A DNA stretch of 64,000 bases from Ascidiella aspersa (lineage: Eukaryota), in contig OZ004610.1 of the NCBI GenBank assembly GCA_963924565.1, forward strand, positions 14,012,001 through 14,076,000, written 5' to 3'. The notes beneath the pieces are model-generated. The model was not told where the DNA came from. It worked only from the letters and a program-made list of their open reading frames with translations, and ran no database searches. The position numbers and the translations under genes are program-made. Below, in pieces: positions 12,632-23,500 of this stretch; the first letter of the stretch is position 1; each line of letters begins with the position of its first letter.

Positions 12632-15600
12632 ATGAAGTTTCCTTTTGTTGCCCTTACCAGTCTTGTGTTGCTTCCGACCGCAATGCTTCTTAAAGTTCCA
12701 AACTGCTCGGAAGTACATGTAAATGCTGCTAATTCAGAGAGCAAATGCTGTGGATTCGAAGATGGTAAGAAACAGTTAACAGCTCAGTAGATTATAGTCA
12801 TAAAATTTTGACATCTGTTTCGCCTCGCAAACTATAAACCTTTGCGGAATCATATGGCCCTACAATTTTGCAATGCTAATTAGTTAACCTTTGATCAAGG
12901 TATCGTGTATATAATACACTTATCAATATCTAATGTAGCACCATCAGCAAATTATTTTTGTTGATCAGTGCAGATAAGCAACCATCATCACAACTGATCA
13001 ACAAACAACAATTTGTTATTGCAGTGGCCTTCAACCGTTTGCTTTGGAACGATTTGAAAGCAGCAAAGAATAATGTTAGTAAACACCTTACTGTTGAAAC
13101 GACAAGCGTTCTTCTTAACGAAAAATGGAGATTATCATGGAGTTACACCATCAAGGCAAATTACACAAAAATTGATTTGGCGTTTTTTACTGCCTACTAC
13201 AAAAATACGTAAGTTTTACACAGTTCTGCCATTTTCTAATTCTACGGAAAACAACACAGTGCATGTTTAAAAACCATGAACCTCGTTTTCTATGTTTAAC
13301 GCTGTTCTAGGACAAATGAGATGTACGAGCCGATTGATGGATGCTGCAACATCCCCCTAAAAAAGAAATATTGTCAAATATCACCAGACGATTTACCAGA
13401 CAATTTACCAGATGAACTGTTTTACAGTTACAGTTATGATGGATTCAGTTTAATCGCTATGAATGGTGTAGATCGTAAGTAAATTTCTTTTTGCAACATA
13501 TTTATGTTTTATCTTTCAGGTGCTGTTCTAGATTGCTTTTTGTTTGAGGGGAGGGGGGCATATATTTTCAGTTATGACGTCACAAATTTACGTGTAAATA
13601 TCATTTGACGGTCCAACAAAAATTAAACATAAATTATAACTTTTATAAATTGCTGTCTTTTCTAGGCAATACCACCCCTCAGAAAGTCGTGTGGTGCGAC
13701 AACAAACCAAACAATGCCAGACGTTGCATGATCGTGGACAGAACTACTGGCGAAATGAAACCTACGGACCCGATACTGGAGGGAACGAGTGACATTGATA
13801 GGCGAAATGATTTTGTCGCTTTGGGAATCGCTCGCACTTGCACCTACGAGGTGTACAAAGGTATATTATAGTTTTAAAAGATCTGATCAGAAAAAAAAGT
13901 AGAGATGGACTTTCTTGCCGTGTCTAATAGGCCTGTTAATCGTGATAAATCGATCTTATTTGTCACGTTTCATGGAACAGTCTTGCCACTTTTCATTTAA
14001 AGTAAAGTCGTTTTCGCTTTTTCAAAAAACTCGTCTCCCATTTGCCAGACGTTATACAAAAGAACAAGACTCTGCCTCAAGTTGACGCAGCTGCACAATT
14101 TTTCGATCGTACGATGTGGGTTGCCACGTCGTACAAAAACAAGTTCGTTCCAGAAGATTCCATCTGCAGTAATTCTCACAACCTCAGCACCAGGAATATG
14201 AACTACACTACCAAAAAAGATCACTTTCTTTGTTTCAGCTTTAATGTGACCAACCCGATAAACTACTACTGCATGGAACCGTCATGTTAGTAATTAAATA
14301 AGTCAAGTAACTAAAACAGTGCAAATAGTCGTTACAGTATAGTTGAGTTGTTAAGTTTTGCCAGTGAAAGCATATTAAAAGCCTAAATATAACCATTTGT
14401 TTAGAAATGCAGAGTAAAGTTTATTGTTTATCTAATTGCTTGCACCCATTCTACATAATGAAAACTTTGCATTGCAGATTCACCCAACCCTCCGAAAAAA
14501 GAAAAAATACAGCAACCTTTGGTTTTGATTATTGCTCTTAGCACTTTGGCAGTCTGCTTATTGTTGCTGATTGGGGTTTTGATTTTGTGGCGTTGCAGAA
14601 GAGCATGCAAGTCTTTCTTCAAGGTCAAATTACCTGGCAATCTGGTACGAAATATTTTTTAACTGAATTGTGCGGCTCGAAATGCTTCTTTCGTGCCACG
14701 TTGTATTTAAATAAATTGTCCCTTGTTCGGCTTTCATCACGTTGCTAAGCTTTTCCGAGCACATGCTGTTTAAAGTAAATTTATATTGTATTGATTTTAA
14801 AATTAACCACAAAATAATTCTTTGAAAAATAAAAATAACCAGATATAGAATCGGTTAAAAAGAGGCGTATGTGTGTATTGCAGTAAACTTGTGAGAAAAG
14901 TCGTAAACAAAGTGGTATTCCAATACGTTTGGGTTGTATGCATCAAGGCGATAAAACCCCCTCTTCTTTATCCCTTCCGCTTTGTATTTACCACGAATTC
15001 GGCTGCACGCCGCTAAAATGCGTTTGTGAATGCGCCTCGTGAGGTTTTTATTCTCGGTTAAGACTGCGGCTGTTTGCGCTCGCCACAATCAACAATAGCG
15101 ATTGGTGTGACGCCGGCCTCGTCAGAGAAATCACCGCGAAGCGTAGGACACCTTTCCTGTTATGTGCACAACACGGCCACCGCAGAGCCTCTATTCTATG
15201 GGACACCTCCGATGGGTGCGCGATTGTGATTGCTTTGGGTTATGATATGCCCTTTGCAGCGTACTGCAGAATGCAGCATTGTTTATGTTAAGCCATCTTT
15301 CATGATACTTTGGATGCGGCGAGATGCCTGTTTGGATGGACTTTTTCCGTGTACGCATAAATGTAACGAACGAAAATCACGAATTTTTACAGTCGTCTTA
15401 GTCGTTGAATACATCGCAAAACTGGACCGCAAGCAGTCGGTTCATCTTTTTTTAAAGCATCTATCTATCGGATCGGATAATTGGAATAGGTTTATTGGTG
15501 CTTACCAACTGGCAGTGTTAACGTGTGACAATTTCAGCGTGAACCACCTATATGAACTACCTAAAAACACGATATATAAACCTTTGCGTCACGAAGACCA

Positions 15601-18327
15601 AGGTTCAACACACGCAGAAACGTTTTTTTTTGTAAGAGAATTTACTAGTTCCTTGTTTTTTTTGTAAGAGAATTTACTAGTTCTCACAACATTAACTAAT
15701 TGCGAAATTTTGTTTATAGGAATCGGACAAGGATTGGTCCCGTCCGAGTACGTTTAAGAACATTGATGATCGCGAAAAACCTGGAGACCTCTTTATTTAC
15801 GAAAAACCTGAAACACAGAGTAAGTGTTTTTTTTCGGCCAGGATGATGTTCACGCCGCAATGTTTTACATTGTTACATTGGTTTTATCAATGATACTATA
15901 CAATATAGTATCATTGGTTTTATCGGTTCTCTGAAGCAAGGGTATATTTTTTTGGCCATAAATTTTTAGCCCTCTTTTTATGTAGAAAAAAAAATTGTCG
16001 TAATAATAGGAATTTAGCAGTCAGGTAATTTTAAGAAAACAACAGATATTGTCCTTACACTGAGAAAATTACAAACTCTTTGTAAACTCCTGGTGAAATG
16101 GATACTTTTATCAAACCCGCAAAATAATATTAAAAATCACATGTAAGGTGAGAATTAAAGTATAGTTTGCACGAGTTTTTAGTAATTGGTCTCGTACTAA
16201 AATAATGCGTTGTTTTAACTATTCTCAATTTTAAATCTTGTTACCTGCGCAATTTATGGAACTTAGTCGTAATATTTAGGCATCCACAATTTCAAATTTG
16301 TTATAAGCAACAAAGTTGGTTGATGTTTGTTTGCCGAAAGGTGCGTTTTCGTAATGTTCTTTCTTCCTATTGCCTTTGGCGACAGAGCCGTGTGCAAAAA
16401 AATAAGCCGCGTGTGTCAACGTGATAAATTCTTCACAACCCTGTTTAAACTTTAAATGTACATTGTGTAAGTCTCCTTCTAATGTATTTTAACTGAAGTT
16501 CAGTCTCTGTATCGACAGTGCGGGTATGTCTAACTTATTAGCATTTCTAAAAACTTATGTAGCGAAATTTTTAATGTCGCAATAACCATTAGCGTGATAG
16601 TTATAGACATTTGCATACAATTTTTATCAACATTTAAAAAAAGGATGAGTGCCTTGTAGTGGAAAAATTTCAGGTGTCACTGTGAACTTACAATAGCATT
16701 CAAACGAAAGTAAAGAGCATTTGGTCAAAGCAGGTGTTTGCGAACACGTTGAGTTATTTCAACCACGCCATTATGGCAACAAAACACGGCAACGGTAAAC
16801 ATCCTCTTAATGTTCTTACCCGACAGAATGCGAGGATGCACGCTGACAAAGTCGACAACTTAACGTGTAATTGAGCGCATAGCCTATATCTACAGACTAC
16901 AGTAATCACTCTTGTGTTTCCCGACAAAAAGTCCAACGTCAGTCCCGTGACCCGCGTGCCAGTTCACCTTGTAGCCGCTTTACTGTTTAACGAGGACGCG
17001 ATAGCTTGAATCGGCACCTCAATACCAGTAAGGAAGATGCCGTAGAACTGGGGCAACCGCACTGTTTCGTCTAAAAGTGATACAATAACCTTGTTATGCG
17101 ATGCTGTCAAATTACAAAGACTTTGGATAGTAATGCTGCAGTGCTTTTTGTTGTTTACAATAGCTGTCAGACGACTGCCGAATCCGTCGCGTATGCGCGA
17201 AATTAACAGAAATGTCATGTCATAAAACTGTTGCATCTGGCTGAACAAGCTAATGACTTTGTTTTTTGGCGAAAAACAGAGCCGTTATAGTCACCGAGGT
17301 GAGCCCCGCAGGGAAGCGTCAGACTAACATTTTTTGTTTTTGTTTTTTTAGGTGTTCCGAATTCCGGTGAAGCGCCACCACCAGTTGTTCACCATTTGCC
17401 TTATCTCGTAACAGGTATAAAATAATTTTAGGCACAATTCAGTGGTAAAGCGGGCCCATCTAGTTATAGCTTGGTTTGCTGCAACAATAACTTTGGTGTA
17501 GTATTTTGACTTGCGGAATATGTGGTCCACAAACGTTATGTAAACATTTCTCTAATGTGCGTACACGTAAAACCATAACCAACAAAGGCGACTGTTCCAT
17601 TACTAGGTGTTTTTGAAGGTTTCAATAGATGTACAATAACTTGGAATTTAGTGCAATATTTAAGGTTGTGATGCGCTAGAATTTTTTAATACCCTTACTT
17701 GTTTGTCGCACAGACGAAAGCTGGACGAACAGAAACGATGCCTACATGGACAAGTCGGAAGCCGACGAATCGCTGATGGGTTCGGTCAGCACAGGCTGCT
17801 ACCAGGACTCCGGCATGGTTCGGGCCCTTGGCGATAGCGGCAGTACGAACGCCTCTTCGCAGTGGACGTCCCGCAGCAGTTCCAGCAGCAGCAGCAGTAG
17901 TGAGGTCCGTGTGGACGCGCAGCAGCTGGATGAGTGTGTCCACCCGTGCGAGTCAGACCTATCGGGCTCGTCTGGCCTGCAGAAGGCCTTCCTCTCTGTC
18001 AGCGACGCGGGTGAAGAGCTGTGCGGCGACCAATCCGACAGCATCGCCTTTCGCAAATCGAAGGCGAGCGGCAACGACACCGGTTACAGTCGTTCAAGCA
18101 GCAGCGATGACGAAGCGGGGAACGGCAAAAGGCCATTCAGCAAGATCGGACCGGTCGAGTCCAGCGACAATGTTTTTCACCCGTCTTTGGACGACCAGCC
18201 TGCGGTGGGGGTGATCACGAAACGTAGCGCTGAACAGGAGCGTATTTTTCGAGCGCTTTTCGCTCCGTTGGTCGAAGATAAGTCAGTTGCCCCTGGTAAT
18301 TTAGCACCTGGCTACTGGAACAAGTAA
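12632..18327 (+). CDS. Single-pass type I membrane receptor, class II cytokine receptor-like (IFN/IL-10 receptor family), 8 coding exons, 597 aa
   Basis: Exons 12632-12764, 13025-13208, 13311-13474, 13666-13860, 14049-14285, 14478-14644, 15720-15819 and 17714-18327 are all GT-AG bounded and join in frame (1794 nt). Signal peptide MKFPFVALTSLVLLPTAMLL. Ectodomain has LSWSY..FFTAYYK..GCCNIPLKKKYCQIS and LCFSFNVTNPINYYC. TM segment LVLIIALSTLAVCLLLLIGVLILW is followed by RCRR. The cytoplasmic tail has KLPGNL, is acidic and Ser-rich, and ends PGYWNK*. The gene model is solid; the family call is motif-based. Confidence 0.75.
15624..15683 (+). repeat. Short tandem duplication of ttttttttgtaagagaatttactagttc (x2)
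   Basis: Directly visible in the intron just upstream of receptor exon 7. Confidence 0.85.
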
Positions 18328-20016
18328 AATGCGCCAGTAACCATTCTGGCGCGCAGTTCGAATGTTTTTTTATTTTGCGAGATACTGCTGTGTAAGGATG
18401 TTAAGTTTCCACGTAATAAAGTTCAACGTTGCTTAGTTCCTTTTTTACACTTTTATCGCAAAAGTTGAGACTTTCCAAGGATATCTATAAAGTTCATGTT
18501 TTTTCGAAACTGTATCCTTTAAATTCCATACCGCTGTAAAATGGCTATTTGCCGTTTGTACACTGCCTCTGAATGTTGCATATCGAATATTGCACGTGTA
18601 CGATTTTCGTGTTTAGAGATTGTGTTACAGTGGCAATCATTTATGCTTATTATCCGTATGAAGGCTATGCTTTCGAGAAAATTCTACCAATTAAATTGCT
18701 CATTGTCAACCTCAGATTGATATAATATATATTAGTCTTCAATGTTATCCCGGCGGCCACTCTCCTGATTGCCGATTATTTTTAACTATATCTGACAACA
18801 GCAAGTGATCTAATGTAATTCCGTCGAAGTGTACCATTTCCCAAATCATTTAAATGACTTTCGTTAGCTTTAGATGTATCGCCGGCGTTTAACGGTTGTA
18901 AAGTGATTTTACCACAATCCCTAAAACATTATCAGCGTAATTAATAACTTTAAAAGTTAAAAATTGTATTTAGGTAACAATCTCTTGTTGCGGGTTTCAA
19001 CAGTAGTGTGCACACAACATGATGTATCGCGCGGTTACAAACTATTTTAGCCTACTTCTCGAGTCATTCTTGAATTTATATATTATGCTATAGTTCATGG
19101 GTTCCCAATCGTTCAAGCTTAAAGGGTACTGATTTGTAGTTGGATACAGAAATTTAAACACCAAACGAATTGCCTCACGTTGATACCTTCATTGGTATGT
19201 TTTCAGCTTACGCAATTTAAAGACAAACCCTTTCTGTATTTAAATAAATCGTTTTTTTAGCGATTAGAAATTGCTTTATTTGTTTTTAAACTAAGTGATT
19301 ATATGACGTTTCAACTTTTATCTATTAATAATGCCTCATCTAAAAAGATATCGTTATTATTGAAGTAAACGTTTTGACAACGATTTTCTATATGATTTTG
19401 GCATTTTAGGCACTGTTATAGTTTTACTGCACAACTCCATTTTCTTTCATGGGTCATTATCGCTTATTTTATTTGTCAACGTTATGTGTGCTGTTCCATC
19501 TTGAACGAAAACAATTGCTATAATCTAGTAGGTCTTAACTAAACAGTAAGGATTTGCTTTTTTTCTGTGTTTTGTTTTTGCTTTTGAGAAATATATACGG
19601 ATTTGTGTAGATTTAAAAAATTCTAGTTTGTTGACTGTAGCAGTTATGTATGAGTAGGTTGCCTGAATAAACGTTGCTGCAAGAATATGTAGTTATACTT
19701 ACAACATTGATGCTTCGTACCTTAGTTGGATTTCTAAAGCTGAAAAAATCATTATAGGCCTACAAATATTACCGGCAAAGTTTTCTGAGATATTCAATAG
19801 TAGCACAGAAAATCGATCGGTTTTCGTTGTTTTGCAATTTGATCTCTAATTGGAGTCAAGTAGCTACAGTTAAAGTTTTTCTCATATTTATGCTGTAACT
19901 TCTATTAATCGTTAAACGAAAGGGGAAAGTACCGTGTTGCGCTGGACGCTAAAAACGAAAGCAACTGATTTTTTTGAAGTTAACTTAATTTTCTATTTAG
20001 TTTGATAAACTAATTG

Positions 20017-20207
20017 GGCGCTGGTCTAGAATCCTACCACAATTATTAAGTCAACGCATAACATTTGGGTTAGTGTGCGAGTTAGCGTTTGGGTTTCGGT
20101 AGGTCAAGTATTATTATATTTCAGTATTTAGTTCAATACTTGACCCACCCTAACCCAAAACGCTAACTCAAATAATGTGCGTTGTGGTAGGATTCTAGAC
20201 CAGCGTT
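20017..20207. mobile_element. Palindromic MITE with GG terminus and 8-bp TSD (Merlin-like)
   Basis: TIR ggcgctggtctagaatcctaccaca / tgtggtaggattctagaccagcgtt and perfect TSD actaattg. The core is shared with 62066-62327 and 62377-62465. Confidence 0.8.
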
Positions 20208-20515
20208 ACTAATTGTATCTATCGCAATAATTGAGATAATTAAGATTTTATTCTTTTTCTAGAATAATAACCTTTCAACAAACGTTAATGGTTAAAATGT
20301 ACGAGATAGGTATACCTAATTTCCAGGTGAACGATGTATTTCAATGATAAAGTGGGCATACCGCACATCATACAAAAAATAGTTTTAATCCAATATGTAT
20401 TCTGTGGCAGGTTCACTTCCTGGATTTTTGAAGCTATGGATTGTAGGCACTGTTAAAATAATAAATGGACTATCAAGTAATATAGTTGACGTTTGTATGT
20501 TAGTGTTTTTTAACA

Positions 20516-23500
20516 ATGGATGCCGATCAATATGATGTACCCCCAAAGGCTAATGTAAGTATTCTTGTATTGTATAAAATCTACAATAATGTATTCAAAT
20601 ATGTAAACCCCAAATTACATTTAGGATGTACTCGAAGCGCTTTTTCGATATGATTTATTGGACAAAGATAGCAATGTGTCTGATCCGCCATCCTTAGTTA
20701 CAGTAAATTACCTGTGGCAGTTGTTTGAGACTGTTGAACAAAAACTTGAAAGCACCAAAACAGTACAAAGCAAAGAACTAACTGAGGTATGGGTCAACAG
20801 TGTTGCACATCTTATTATTTTAAATAAGTTTATAGACAGTCAAGAAATGGATGTAAGACTTTTTTATTTTAGGTTCAAAATTATGTTGATCATGTTAGAA
20901 CTCTGAGTGAGGAACGAGACAAGTTGACTGCTGAGTTTGAATGTGAAAATGAGAAGCTGAAAAAAGAAATCCAACAACTTCACAAAAAATATGGTTTCTA
21001 ATGTTTATTGTGTAAAAATATTAAGAAAATATGTAAAACGTAAATATCTTTTTACTTTTTTTAGCAACAGGCACTTAAACTTAACACCAAAACTATGCTT
21101 AAAATAGTGCTGGGTTAATTTTTAACAAATATATACATATATTTTAGAAACTTAAGACAATACCCTCTAATTGTTTACATAGTGGAACATTCTTTCAGAT
21201 AAAACAAACAAGTAGCAGTAGTCCTATATATATTGGTTTACCAATGATGTTCTGCTACAACAGTGTTGGTAAATTTGGGCCAGTATTTACCAAGATTGAA
21301 ATAAGAATGTAATATAACGTTTTCTAAAAAAACAAGCTCATTTTTGAACTTTCAATTTTGTCATTTGCCTTCATTTTCAATTTTGTTTTGTTAATTGGTA
21401 ATTGATTCAGTATGAAGTTTATACCATGTAAATTAGGGTTTCCTGAGGTTGTGCATACCAGGCTGGCAGAATCTTGCCAGCCTTCTGGTGACGAGCATTT
21501 TTGGGCTAAATTCTTCGGGTTTTTTGTCGCACCCTAAACTTAAATGATGTGTTCGCCTACCTAAGGAATGTATCAACCTTGCCATGTTTAGACAATAAAC
21601 AAGAGTGTTAACAAGTAAATGGATTAGCAAAAAGTTGCGGCGTAGGCGCCAATTTTTTTGTGACATAAAGCAATACATCAGGGGTGTGCTGAGGTACAGT
21701 GGGGACTAGAGGTGCACCATGTCTGCTTTTCTTAGTCTAACACTGTTACATAGATAAGCTGTTTTGGGGTGAACTCATGTGCACACATGTAACTCAAAAT
21801 TAGATCAAAAATCGAGAAAAAAATTCTTTAAATTGGGACAATTTTTTTTGTTGTTAAACGATATTTATAATCCAAGTTATTAGAAATTGTTTTTTGAAAT
21901 TAGAGTCACACAGTGAAGTGCAACATACCATAGTATGGATCGTGCCTTTTGGAAACTATATATTCTTGAAAGACACTAGCATAGCAAAAGGAGGCAGGAG
22001 TTCGCGCGAAGCGCGAACATTTTTGCGTTTACATAATTAAAACAGCCCAAAATATAGTTTAAGCCTTGGGTGGAGAAGCATGGCTTGGTACTTTCTTGAT
22101 ATGCCGTGGGAATGTCATACCTGTCTATTTAACAGGAATGGCAACTATCATGTTTGCTTTTTTAACTCAATAAAGAAGTACTTGTCAAATCAAAGTAAAA
22201 CTGCAAATATACAACAGTTCTATTGAAATTTAGTACTTATTAAACTAATAAACAATCTATATGCTTAACACTGGCCTTTCCCTGCTAAACAACGTGCTTC
22301 ATACTTTCGTAACTTTTTTTCAGAATGGCACAAAAAAATTAATTATTGCCAATTTTAGTGCATAATGTTCCTACATATAAAGCATTGTGAAAATATATTT
22401 GTTTCAATATGTGTAAAACAAGCACAGGTTCTTTTTGGAAAATCGATCTTTCAAATAAAATACAAAAAAAACTTAAAAAAAAACTTTTTTTTTGGCGAAT
22501 TTCTTCGGTTTTCTGTCTGATTCTTCGGCCGTAGTCGCCAAGTTGCCAGCTTTCTGCCATACTGGGGCATACTGCGCATAATTTTATTTTTAATGTAAGC
22601 ATTTCACTATCACTGACACAAGAACGATCAGTTCCCATACAAAGCAAATTTGATGCATAGTTGTGTGTATGATAAGTTTGTTGTAAAGATAAGACTTGGT
22701 TGATAGCGTTACCAAAGTATCCACAAATATGTTAGTTCTATCTGGACATAGAATTTTTTTTTTCAAAAGGCAATACAGACTATTATATGTACTTTATTTT
22801 GCTTTATGCTTTAAAACAATTTAGTTATGAGTATTGTCCCAAAATATGATATCCACTACCCAGCGATCTACAATAAGAACACTTAAGGCAGGGGTGTCCA
22901 ACATGAGGCAGGCATGCCAAATGTGGCGCGCGACATAATAAAAAATGGCATGCAAGCCCCCAAAAATATAGCCATTTGTCAAAAAAGCTAAATTTGTTAT
23001 ACAGCCAATTGTCATTGTTTATTCAAAATACAAAACAATCATATCAATTACCACAACAAACAATTACTTCTAATATTATAACAATGCTATACTGTTTTTT
23101 ATTTTTTGTATAAAAGCGCTTTTAACTTTAGAAAAAAATAGTTGCTAAAATTTGGCTCGGAAAGAAGTTAAAAGATACCAATTGGCATGTCGGCATGTTG
23201 AGTTGGACACCCCTGACTTAAGGTTTTAGCCTAAATATTCTACTTAAAGCAGACAAAATATCCTTCCCCGTAAAGACCGGAATATGTCATACCTTGGCTT
23301 ACAGTTGGCCTAACTGTGTCAGTGGCACATTATATAATTTAGTGCTGGCTAATCGTTTTTAAATTTCCTTACCTTTTGAAAGTTTAAGTGTTTGCTTACC
23401 ACCTATTTTCTGAAATATAATTTTATTTATGGATAATATATTTGTGATCAAACAAAAATGCTTAAGAAAATAAATTTGTTTTATTCCCAAGCAAAGTTAT

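Noticed and set aside
15230-15667. 145-aa ORF in receptor intron 6
   Set aside because: It has a non-ATG start, no recognisable domain and no compatible splice sites, and it ends in a tandem duplication.
17695-18214. Overlapping ORFs 17695-17943(-), 17799-18080(-) and 17828-18214(+)
   Set aside because: They are shadows of the GC-rich last receptor exon; only the 17714-18327 frame fits the splice phase.
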